A stretch of DNA of 64,000 nucleotides, taken from the NCBI GenBank assembly GCA_003220685.1, contig QHTE01000068.1, positions 230 to 64,229 of the forward strand. The letters run 5' to 3'. Within the stretch, counting starts at the first letter, position 1, and the number at the start of each line of letters is the position of its first letter. The translations under genes and the position numbers were made by a program. The stretch is from Candidatus Rokuibacteriota bacterium. GTDB taxonomy: Bacteria > Methylomirabilota > Methylomirabilia > Rokubacteriales > CSP1-6. The notes under the pieces are model-generated. The model was not told the DNA's origin. It made no database searches and worked only from the letters and a program-made list of their open reading frames with translations. Of the stretch, positions 18,088 to 26,128 are shown in pieces.

Positions 18088-18999
18088 ATGGTCGACGCCG
18101 CGCTCTTTCCCGCGCTCGAGACGCTCCTGGCCGTGGCGCGCACGGGCTCGGTGGGCGCGGCGGCGCGCCAGCGCCGAATCACCTCGTCGGCGGTGAGCCA
18201 GCAGATCCGGAAGCTCGAGACGCACTTCGGTATCAAGCTCTTCGAGCGGGCGGGCCGCGGCGTGCGTCTGACGGCCACCGGCGAGACGGCGCTGCCCGTC
18301 GTGCGCGAGCTCTGGAGCGGCGCCGAGTCGGCCTTCGGCCAGCTCGCGGAGCTCGCCGGGCGTCCGGCCACCACCTTGCGCGTCGCGGCCAGCGACTATC
18401 TCGGCAAGGGGCTCCTGGCCCCGGTGCTGCGCGACCTGCTCGACGAGGATCCGCCGATGCGCTTCGAGATCGTCACCACCCACTCGCGCGCGGGCGTGCG
18501 GCTCGTGGCCGAGGGCGACGTCGACCTCGCGGTGGTCACGGGGCAGGAGACGCCGCGCGGCCTGGAGGAGCAGCATCTGTTCGATCAGCCCTTCGTGTGG
18601 GTGGGGCCGCGGCGCGGTCGCGACCGCACGCCGCTGACCGTGCGGCTGCGCCGCGAGCCCGTCCTGCGCCTGGCCGCCGAGAGCCGGGGCCGCGCGCTGC
18701 TCGATCAGTACTTCGCGGACGAGCGCATCCGGCCCGTGTCGACCATCGACGTGCCGAGCGTCTCGCTGCTGCTCTCCTACGTCTCGGGCGGGCTCGGCAT
18801 CGGGCTGGTGCCGGCGCTGGCGCTCGCCGAGGCGCCGGCCGACCGCGTCGTGAGCGCGCCCGCGCGCGTGCCGGCGCTGCCGGTCTCGTTGATCTGGCGC
18901 CCGAGCGCGCGCCGTCAGCCCGCGCTCGCGCGGCTCGCGTCGCTCCTGGCCGGCGCCGGCGCGCGCGCGGGAGCACGTCTGGCGCGACGCTCGCGCTGA
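18088..18999 (+). CDS. LysR family transcriptional regulator
   Basis: The N-terminal wHTH reads ..[44 protein letters not shown]... The start is set at ATG 18088 inside track ORF 18052..18999. Confidence 0.88.
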   Translation: MVDAALFPALETLLAVARTGSVGAAARQRRITSSAVSQQIRKLETHFGIKLFERAGRGVRLTATGETALPVVRELWSGAESAFGQLAELAGRPATTLRVAASDYLGKGLLAPVLRDLLDEDPPMRFEIVTTHSRAGVRLVAEGDVDLAVVTGQETPRGLEEQHLFDQPFVWVGPRRGRDRTPLTVRLRREPVLRLAAESRGRALLDQYFADERIRPVSTIDVPSVSLLLSYVSGGLGIGLVPALALAEAPADRVVSAPARVPALPVSLIWRPSARRQPALARLASLLAGAGARAGARLARRSR

Positions 19000-19107
19000 C
19001 CGCGGCCCATTGCGGCCCGCAGTATCCTGGGCGTATGCTGTGATTCCTCGGTCCGATGACCGGCCACAAACTTCATCATTCATTGGCGCGCAACACGGAG
19101 GCGTAAC

Positions 19108-19767
19108 ATGGCACTGCGGATCAACAGCGAAGCACCCAACTTCACCGCCGATACGACCCAGGGGAAGATCAACTTCCACGACTGGATCGGGAACGGCTGG
19201 GTCATTCTCTTCTCGCACCCCAAGGATTTCACGCCGGTGTGCACGACCGAGCTCGGCTACATGGCTGGTCTGAAGCCGGAGTTCGACAAGCGGAACTGCA
19301 AGATCATCGGGCTCAGCGTCGACCCGGTCGGCGACCATCAGCGCTGGGCGAAGGACATCGAGGACACGTCGGGTCACGCCGTGACATATCCGATGATCGG
19401 CGATCCCGAGCTGAAGATCGCGATGGCCTACGACATGCTGCCGGAGGGCGCCGGCACGACGTCGCAGGGCCGGACCCCGGCCGACAACGCGACGGTGCGG
19501 TCGGTGTTCGTCATTGGACCCGACAAGAAGGTCAAGGCGATGCTGACCTACCCGATGTCGACGGGCCGTAACTTCGACGAGGTGCTCCGGCTCCTCGACT
19601 CCTGCCAGCTCACCTCGAAGCACAAGGTGGCCACGCCGGTGAACTGGAAGCAGGGACAGGACGTCATCATCGTCACCGCGGTCTCGGACGACGAGGCGAA
19701 GAAGACCTACCCGGCTGGCTTCAAGACGGTGAAGCCGTACCTGCGCACCGTCGCCCAGCCGAAGTAG
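19108..19767 (+). CDS. Peroxiredoxin, 1-Cys (Prx6-like)
   Basis: ..WVILFSHPKDFTPVCTTELG.. contains the peroxidatic Cys motif. GGAGG precedes the ATG. Confidence 0.92.
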   Translation: MALRINSEAPNFTADTTQGKINFHDWIGNGWVILFSHPKDFTPVCTTELGYMAGLKPEFDKRNCKIIGLSVDPVGDHQRWAKDIEDTSGHAVTYPMIGDPELKIAMAYDMLPEGAGTTSQGRTPADNATVRSVFVIGPDKKVKAMLTYPMSTGRNFDEVLRLLDSCQLTSKHKVATPVNWKQGQDVIIVTAVSDDEAKKTYPAGFKTVKPYLRTVAQPK

Positions 19768-19782
19768 TCGCCGTCCCACGTT

Positions 19783-19815
19783 CGGCCGGTGGCTTTGGTC
19801 ATGAGCCACCGGCCG
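19783..19815 (+). terminator. Hairpin downstream of the peroxiredoxin gene
   Basis: CGGCCGGTGGCT-ttggtcatg-AGCCACCGGCCG forms a perfect 12-bp stem. It starts 16 nt after the stop codon. There is no clear U-tract. Confidence 0.5.
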
Positions 19816-19930
19816 GCTCTCGTCACGCGCCGTCGGCGCTCATTCCCGCACCGCGTAGGTCACCACCGGCTCGTCGAAGAACTGCGTGGGCGTCAGCTGA
19901 TCGCGCACGCCTCGCGCCCGGCGCTCTACG

Positions 19931-20212
19931 TCAGTCCCCGAGAAACTCGACCTCGAGCACGTCGCCGGGCCGCGCGCCCTTGACGAACACCGGGCCCGTG
20001 AGCGGGTGGATGGCGCCCGCTTCCATCTTCGCCATGTCGGCCTCGGCGGTGCCGGGGCCGAGCTGGCCGTCGACGCCGTCGCGCGTGGCCAGGACGACTT
20101 CCTCGCCCTCGGCCACGGTGACGAGCGGCGGAATGTCCGGATGGAAGCGATTGTGACCGGTCGTCGGCTGATCTCTCAGACGCTTGCCACGGTCGATCTC
20201 GACGCTCTTCAT
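19931..20212 (-). pseudogene. N-terminal 93-codon fragment of an acetamidase/formamidase (FmdA/AmdA) family gene
   Basis: MKSVEIDRGKRLRDQPTTGHNRFHPDIPPLVTVAEGEEVVLATRD..HPLTGPVFVKGARPGDVLEVEFLGD then reaches a stop. Intact family members are at least 300 aa. AGGAGA precedes the ATG. Confidence 0.7.
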
Positions 20213-20242
20213 GATGGTTCTCCTGTAGACTACGCGGCCATC

Positions 20243-21253
20243 ATGACCGACAAGCCCCCGCACGTCTACGTCATCCTCGGGAACGCCCAGTGGGACTTCG
20301 CCGATTGCCAGACCGCGCTGAGCCGCGTCCCCGCGCGCATGTTCTCGCTGCCCCAGACCGAAGTCGAGGACGAGATGATCGCGCGCACGCGCGACGCCGA
20401 CGCGCTGGTCGTCTCGTCCGCGCCGGTCACGCGCGGCGTGATGAGCGCGCTCGAGGGCCTGAAGGTCGTCGTGCGCACGGGCGTCGGGTACGACGTCATC
20501 GACGTGCCGGCCGCCACGGAGCTGGGCGTGATCGTCGTCAACATCCCCGACCTCTGGATCCGCGAGGTCGCGAACCACGCGCTCGCGCTGCTCCTGGCCT
20601 GGAACCGCGGGGTCGTCGTCATGGACCGGCAGGTGCGCGCCGGCGCGTGGAGCGGGCGAGTGCCCGGCAGCCACACCGGGGCGCTGCACGGCGAGACCGT
20701 GGGCATCGTTGGCCTCGGCAACATCGGCAGCGCCTTCGCGCGGCGCGTGGCCGCGCTCGAGACGAAGGTGATCGCGTGCGACCCCTACGTCGACGACGAG
20801 CGCTTCGCCGCGCTCGGCGTCGAGCGCGTCTCGCTCGAGACCCTGGCCGAGCGCGCCGACTACGTCTCCGTTCACACCCTGCTGAACGCCGAGACCCGCC
20901 ACCTGATCGGCGAAGCGTTCTTCACGCGCATGAAGCCGACGGCGATTTTGATCAACACGTCGCGCGGCCCGGTCGTTGACGAGCAGGCCCTGGCCCGCGC
21001 GCTGCGCGACAAGCGCCTGGCCGGTGCCGCCCTCGACGTGTGGGAGGAGGAGCCGGTGGCGGCGAGCAATCCGCTCCTGAAGATGGACAACGTCATCGCC
21101 ACCCCGCACGCTGCCTACTATTCATCGGCGGCGGTGGCGCAGATACCCGGGCGGTGCGGCGAGGAGGTGGCGCGCGTGCTCACGGGGCAGCGGGCGCGGA
21201 ACGTGGTGAATCCGGAGGTCTACGCGCCGGGGGCCGCACGCCGGGCCCGCTGA
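20243..21253 (+). CDS. D-isomer-specific 2-hydroxyacid dehydrogenase family protein
   Basis: The start is at internal ATG 20243 (MTDKPPHVYVILG..). The NAD motif GIVGLGNIGSAFARR is present, and ..NTSRGPVVDE.. and ..TPHAAYYS.. are typical of the family. Confidence 0.88.
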   Translation: MTDKPPHVYVILGNAQWDFADCQTALSRVPARMFSLPQTEVEDEMIARTRDADALVVSSAPVTRGVMSALEGLKVVVRTGVGYDVIDVPAATELGVIVVNIPDLWIREVANHALALLLAWNRGVVVMDRQVRAGAWSGRVPGSHTGALHGETVGIVGLGNIGSAFARRVAALETKVIACDPYVDDERFAALGVERVSLETLAERADYVSVHTLLNAETRHLIGEAFFTRMKPTAILINTSRGPVVDEQALARALRDKRLAGAALDVWEEEPVAASNPLLKMDNVIATPHAAYYSSAAVAQIPGRCGEEVARVLTGQRARNVVNPEVYAPGAARRAR

Positions 21254-21270
21254 GGGGAAGCGGGCCGGAG

Positions 21271-21402
21271 ATGAGACCACTCGCCAAGGTCGGGCTCGTC
21301 GGCGCCGGATGTATCGGCGCACTCTCGCTCGCCGTCGCGGCGGTGGCTTCGGTCTTCGCCTGTGTCGCGTTCGTCTGGTTTCGCGATTTTCACTCGCCCT
21401 GA
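21271..21402 (+). CDS. Possible small hydrophobic membrane peptide (43 aa)
   Basis: MRPLAKVGLVGAGCIGALSLAVAAVASVFACVAFVWFRDFHSP contains one predicted TM helix. GC3 is moderate. I recognise no homology. Confidence 0.3.
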   Translation: MRPLAKVGLVGAGCIGALSLAVAAVASVFACVAFVWFRDFHSP

Positions 21403-21486
21403 CACCGGGGGCCGCAGGTGTCCGCTGCCCGTCCAGTGTGCTACGCTTCGCGGGCGCGCCGGCGAGCGACGATACCCCACGCAGTG

Positions 21487-21534
21487 TGCGCTGCAGGCCG
21501 TCGCGGGGACTGGGGCCCCGCCGGCCGAGGCGCA
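21487..21534 (+). repeat. REP-like GC-rich palindromic element, copy A
   Basis: The sequence is TGCGCTGCAGGCCGTCGCGGGGACTGGGGCCCCGCCGGCCGAGGCGCA. It is intergenic, upstream of the HpcH-type aldolase gene, and shares the core with copies at 31057, 35457, 35520, 40944, 55701 and 61219. Confidence 0.85.
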
Positions 21535-21558
21535 CCTACTAACGAGCGAGGTGCAACA

Positions 21559-22326
21559 GTGCGGCCGAACAAGATCAAGCAGATGTGGCGCGACGGGAAG
21601 TTCGTCACCCTGGGCTGGCTCTCCGTGTCCCACGGCTTCACCGCCGAGGTGATGGCGCGCCAGGGCTTCGACGCCCTCTGCGTCGACATGCAGCACGGCA
21701 CGACCGACATGAACGACGTGTGGCCGATGCTGCAGGCGATCTCGCAGACCGACACGGTGCCGGTCGTGCGGGTGCCGTGGAACGACCCGCCGACGATCAT
21801 GAAGGCGCTCGACCTCGGCGCCTACGCGATCATCGTGCCGCTGATCAACACCGCCGAGGACGCGGCGAAGGCCGTGGCCGCGTGCCGCTATCCGCCTGTC
21901 GGCATGCGCTCGTCCGGCCCGGTACGCGCGGTGCACTACGGCGGGGCCGACTACCTCGCGAAAGCCAACGACGAGATCGTGGTGATGGCGATGATCGAGA
22001 CGAAGGAAGGCCTCGCCAACCTCGACAAGATCTGCGCCACCTCTGGGCTCGACGCCGTGTATATCGGTCCGTCGGACCTCTCGTTCGCGCTGGGGCTCGC
22101 GCCGCGCGGCGACAACCCCGACCCGACCCACATCGCGACCTGCGACAAGATCCGCGACGCGGCGCACAAGCACGGCATCAAGGCCGTCATGCACTGCGCG
22201 AGCGCGGCGTTCGCGGCCGGCGCGGTGAAGCGCGGCTTCGACATGGTCATGCTTACCTCGGACCTGGCGTCGATGGTCGCGGGCGCCCGCAAGCAGCTCG
22301 ACGATCTGAAGGCCGCGACGGCGTGA
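21559..22326 (+). CDS. HpcH/HpaI family aldolase
   Basis: The GTG start at 21559 is preceded by GAGGTG. The blocks ..VTLGWLSVSHGFTAEVMARQGFDALCVDMQHG..VRVPWND..MIETKEGL..GPSDLS.. are present. Confidence 0.82.
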   Translation: MRPNKIKQMWRDGKFVTLGWLSVSHGFTAEVMARQGFDALCVDMQHGTTDMNDVWPMLQAISQTDTVPVVRVPWNDPPTIMKALDLGAYAIIVPLINTAEDAAKAVAACRYPPVGMRSSGPVRAVHYGGADYLAKANDEIVVMAMIETKEGLANLDKICATSGLDAVYIGPSDLSFALGLAPRGDNPDPTHIATCDKIRDAAHKHGIKAVMHCASAAFAAGAVKRGFDMVMLTSDLASMVAGARKQLDDLKAATA

Positions 22327-22360
22327 TCCGCGTGCGACTCGGGCGTCGTCGGGATTCGCG

Positions 22361-23476
22361 ATGAGCGACGTCCCGGCGCGCCCGACGATGCTCGAGGTCG
22401 ATCTCGACGCCGCGGCGCACAACGTGCGGGCGGTGCGCCAGCTCGTCGGCCCGGAGCGCAAGATCTTCGCCGTCATCAAGGCGGGCGGCTACGGCTTCGG
22501 CGCCGCCGAGATGGGGGCCGTGTTCGCGCGCAGCGGCGCCGACTGGCTGGCGGTGGCCGATCTGGCCGAGGGCATCCGGCTGCGGCAGCGCGGGATCTCG
22601 ACGCCGATTCTCGTCTATCCGAACTCGCTGGCGGAAGCCGCCGCCGACGCGCTGGCCCACGATCTGGTTCCGACCCTGGTCGACCTCGACTCGGCCCGCG
22701 CCTACTCGAACGTGGCGAACGGCCCGTGCGATTTCTTCGTCAAGGTCGACGTCGGCCTCGAGCGCCTGGGGGTGCCGCCCGAGCAGGCGGTGAAGACGAT
22801 CCGCGCGATGCTCGACCTTCCGCACCTGCGCCTGGCCGGAATCTGCGGCCATCCCCACGCGGACGGCGGCGACGATTCCTCGTATGCCGACTGGCAGCTC
22901 GCGCGGTTCACTTCGGTGATCGACGAGCTGGAAGCTCAAGGGGTGCGAGTACCGGTGCGGCTCCTCGCCGCGACCCCGTTCGTGCTCCGCTTCCCGCATA
23001 CGTATCTCAACGCCGTCGATCCCGGCCGGATGCTCTACGGTGTCATCATGCCGGACGAGAAGCCACCGATTCCGCTTCGGCCGGCGCTGCGGGCCCTCAA
23101 GACCCACGTCATCGCGCTGAAGGAGCTGACGCCGCGCGAGCGCTTCGCCGATCGCGCGCCCTTTCCGGTGACGGCGCCGATGCGCCTGGGCGTGGTGCCG
23201 ATCGGCTCGGCTGACGGCATGCTGTGGCTCCACGACGGACGCGTGCTCGTCCGTGGCCGATTCGCGCCGCTCGTCAGCGCGCCGTCGCTCGAGCACACCC
23301 GGATCGACTTGACGGCGATTCCCGACGCGGTCGTCGGCGACGAGGTCGTCATCATCGGACGCCAGGGCGATCGCGAGATCACACCGGCCGAGGTCGCCAG
23401 GCGCCACGGCCTCGGGCTGCATCACGTGGCGACGACGGTCGGTCCGCGCGTCGCCCGTGTCTATCTCTCCGCCTGA
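22361..23476 (+). CDS. Alanine racemase family (PLP fold type III) protein
   Basis: ..IFAVIKAGGYGFGA.. contains the PLP-Lys block, and ..VPIGSADG.. and ..GDEVVIIGRQGD..ITPAEVA.. follow. The specific substrate is unknown. Confidence 0.8.
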   Translation: MSDVPARPTMLEVDLDAAAHNVRAVRQLVGPERKIFAVIKAGGYGFGAAEMGAVFARSGADWLAVADLAEGIRLRQRGISTPILVYPNSLAEAAADALAHDLVPTLVDLDSARAYSNVANGPCDFFVKVDVGLERLGVPPEQAVKTIRAMLDLPHLRLAGICGHPHADGGDDSSYADWQLARFTSVIDELEAQGVRVPVRLLAATPFVLRFPHTYLNAVDPGRMLYGVIMPDEKPPIPLRPALRALKTHVIALKELTPRERFADRAPFPVTAPMRLGVVPIGSADGMLWLHDGRVLVRGRFAPLVSAPSLEHTRIDLTAIPDAVVGDEVVIIGRQGDREITPAEVARRHGLGLHHVATTVGPRVARVYLSA

Positions 23477-23488
23477 CGGAGGACAACG

Positions 23489-24532
23489 ATGCGCTACCGC
23501 GTGTTCGGTCGGACAGGGCTGCGAGTGTCGGTCCTGGGCTTCGGCTGCTGGCCGATGGCCGGCGACCGCTATGGAGCGATCGAGGACGACGAGGCCGTCA
23601 AGGCCATCCACCGGGCGCTCGACCGCGGCGTGAACTGTGTGGACACCGCGCCGGCCTACGGCGGCGGACACTCCGAAGAAGTCGTGGCGCGTGCGCTCGA
23701 GAAGAGCCGCCGCGACGTGGTCCTCGTGACCAAATGCGGCGTCAAGCCGCCGCCGCCCGGCCAGCTCGGGCCGCTGCGCGACGCGAGCCGCGCCAACATC
23801 CTGCGTGAGATCGACCTGAGCCTGAAGCGGCTGCGCACCGACTGGGTCGACGTGCTCCTGGTCCACTGGCCCGATGCGAACACACCGTTCGAGGAGACGA
23901 TGCGCGCGCTCGAGGAGGTCGTGGCCTCCGGGCGCGCGCGCTTCGTCGGCGTGTCGAACTTCACTGGGGCCATGATGGCCGAGTGCCTGCGCACCTGGCG
24001 GATCGACGTCTCGCAGGTGGGCTATCACATGTTCGACCGGCGCCAGGAGCAGGAGACGTTTCCCACCTGCCTCGCTCACGGCATCGGCGTCATGGGTTAC
24101 GGCTCGCTCGGTCACGGTCTGCTCACCGGCGCCTTCACGACTGCGACGAATTTCGGCGAGGCGTCACGCGACTGGCGCGGCGGTGGGGTGGCGTTCGGCC
24201 AGCCGATCTTCCGCGGCGAAAACTTCAAGACCAACATCGGCGTGGTCGACCGTCTCCGCCGCGAGATCGCCGAGCCGCGCGGCGTGCCGCTGAGTCAGGT
24301 CGCGCTGGCCTGGGTGCTCGGCAATCCCGCGATCAGCACCGCGCTGGTCGGCGCGCGGACGCCGGCCGAGGTGGACGCAAACGACGCGGGCACCGAGCTC
24401 GATCTGACACCGGCCGAGCGCGCGAAGATCGAATCGATCCTCGCCGGCGCGGCCGGCCGGGTGAAGGAGTTCACGCCGCTGCGGCCGGCGATGGAGCCGT
24501 GGGGTGCCGAGATCCCGGCGGGATCGGCCTGA
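23489..24532 (+). CDS. Aldo/keto reductase
   Basis: GGAGGA precedes the ATG. The blocks ..LGFGCWPMAG..DTAPAYGGGHSEE..GVSNF..GYGSLGHGLLTG.. are present. Confidence 0.9.
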   Translation: MRYRVFGRTGLRVSVLGFGCWPMAGDRYGAIEDDEAVKAIHRALDRGVNCVDTAPAYGGGHSEEVVARALEKSRRDVVLVTKCGVKPPPPGQLGPLRDASRANILREIDLSLKRLRTDWVDVLLVHWPDANTPFEETMRALEEVVASGRARFVGVSNFTGAMMAECLRTWRIDVSQVGYHMFDRRQEQETFPTCLAHGIGVMGYGSLGHGLLTGAFTTATNFGEASRDWRGGGVAFGQPIFRGENFKTNIGVVDRLRREIAEPRGVPLSQVALAWVLGNPAISTALVGARTPAEVDANDAGTELDLTPAERAKIESILAGAAGRVKEFTPLRPAMEPWGAEIPAGSA

Positions 24533-24551
24533 GCGGGCCTGAGGCGGGCCG

Positions 24552-25433
24552 ATGAAGCTCGGGTTCTCGCTGCTCAACAACTGGGGTGTCGACGACCCAC
24601 AGGCGCTCGTCGATCTCGCGTGCCGCGCCGAGGAGGCGGGCATCGACTCGGTCTGGGTGCACGACCACGTGTTCAACGTGGGGCACGTGTTCGATCGGAT
24701 CGGCGGCAAGCCCTACTACGAGCCGCTGACCCTTCTGAGCTTCGTCGCGGCCCGGACGCGGCGCGTGCGCCTGGGCACCTCGGTGCTGGTGCTGCCGTAC
24801 CACAATCCGGTGAGGCTCGCGAAGGCGGCAGCGACGCTCGACGTGCTGAGCGGCGGCCGGCTGATCATGGGTGTAGGCGTGGGGCTCATCGAGGAGGAGA
24901 TTCGCGCGCTGGGGAGCCCCTACGCCGAGCGGGGCGCCTTCACGGACGAGGCCATCGCCGTGATGCGCGCCTTGTGGACCCAAGACGAGCCGAAGTTCGA
25001 AGGGAAGTACTCGCGCTTCGACGGCATGAAGTTCTCGCCCAAGCCGCTCCAGAAGCCGACGATTCCCATCGTGATCGGCGGCGTCAGTCGCCCGGCTATC
25101 CGGCGCGCGGCGCGGCTCGGCGACGGTTGGCAGCCGCTGGGAATGTTGCCCGAGGCGCTGGGGCAGGGGATCGCGACGCTCCGGGAGGAAGCGCGCGCCA
25201 CTGGTCGCGACGCCGCGAAGATCCCGGTATCGATCGCGATGTCGCTCGCGGCGGCTCGAGCTGGGCGGGATGCGTTGGGCACAAAGCCAGCCGAGATCTT
25301 GAAGAACGCTCGGGCCTACGCGAGCCTCGGCGTCGAGACGTTGATCATCTCGGCCAGCACGAGCGACCCGCGCGAGGCCCGATCCGCGCTCGAGATGATC
25401 GCCCGCGAAGTGGCGCCCGCCGCCGCCGGCTGA
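24552..25433 (+). CDS. LLM-class F420-dependent oxidoreductase
   Basis: MKLGFSLLN..AEEAGIDSVWVHDH..LGTSVLVLPYHNPVRLAK..DVLSGGRLIMGVGVG.. is a typical luciferase-like pattern. Confidence 0.88.
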   Translation: MKLGFSLLNNWGVDDPQALVDLACRAEEAGIDSVWVHDHVFNVGHVFDRIGGKPYYEPLTLLSFVAARTRRVRLGTSVLVLPYHNPVRLAKAAATLDVLSGGRLIMGVGVGLIEEEIRALGSPYAERGAFTDEAIAVMRALWTQDEPKFEGKYSRFDGMKFSPKPLQKPTIPIVIGGVSRPAIRRAARLGDGWQPLGMLPEALGQGIATLREEARATGRDAAKIPVSIAMSLAAARAGRDALGTKPAEILKNARAYASLGVETLIISASTSDPREARSALEMIAREVAPAAAG

Positions 25434-25439
25434 GCCGCG

Positions 25440-25600
25440 CTGCGCGTGAACGCCTCGGCGGGCGTCAAGCCACGATACCGACGTTTTGCCGGGACCGAAT
25501 GCAAGGGCGAGCGTCGGCGACGGCTCGAAGGCGCGGTCGAATTGGCCGGGCCCAGCCGTGAGCTGACCGCCTCGTCGCCCGCGGGAGCGACGCTTCGGTT
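25440..25600 (-). pseudogene. Probable remnant of the C-terminal HTH domain of an AraC-family regulator (frameshifted)
   Basis: Two minus-strand frames together read ..QFDRAFEPS.. and ..SPLHSVPAKRRYRGLTPAEAFTR.., resembling the ..HFSRAFKRRYG.TPAE.. end of AraC/XylS proteins. No N-terminal domain is present. It is squeezed between two plus-strand genes. Confidence 0.3.
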
Positions 25601-25690
25601 TCTCCTGGGGCGCACGCGCTTTTCTCACGGGCGGCGGCGGGACGAGCTCCGGGCCGTGGCGCACCCGCACGGCGGCGAGCTCACCTGGCT

Positions 25691-26107
25691 GTGAAGACGT
25701 TCGTCTACCACGTCCAGATCAATGTCGGCGAGCCGGGAGCGATCGCGTTCTATCGCGCGCTGTTCGCGTTTCTCGAATACCGGGTCATGGTCGCGACCGA
25801 CGACGTCCTCGGCGTCTCGAATGGGACGACGGACTTCTGGATGATCGCGGCGCCACCCGCGCGCCGCGTGGCCCGCTTCCATCGCAAGAATCCCGGCATC
25901 AATCACGTCTGCTTCGGCGTGCGCGAGCGCGGCGACGTGGATCGCTTCGTCGCGGAGTTCATGTGGCCGCGGGGAATCGCGGCGCTCTACGACTCGCCGC
26001 GGGAGTTTTCCGAGTACCGGCCGGGCTATTATGCGGTGTTCTTCGAGGATCCCGACCGGCTCAAGATCGAAGTCGCGCACGTGCCCGGCGTCACGGATCG
26101 GCGCTGA
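25691..26107 (+). CDS. VOC (glyoxalase/bleomycin-resistance/dioxygenase) family protein
   Basis: The start is GTG. The blocks ..VYHVQINVGEP..NHVCFGV..YAVFFEDPDRLKIEV.. are present. Confidence 0.75.
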   Translation: MKTFVYHVQINVGEPGAIAFYRALFAFLEYRVMVATDDVLGVSNGTTDFWMIAAPPARRVARFHRKNPGINHVCFGVRERGDVDRFVAEFMWPRGIAALYDSPREFSEYRPGYYAVFFEDPDRLKIEVAHVPGVTDRR

Positions 26108-26128
26108 ATCGGCGCTGAGCCCCTCGCG

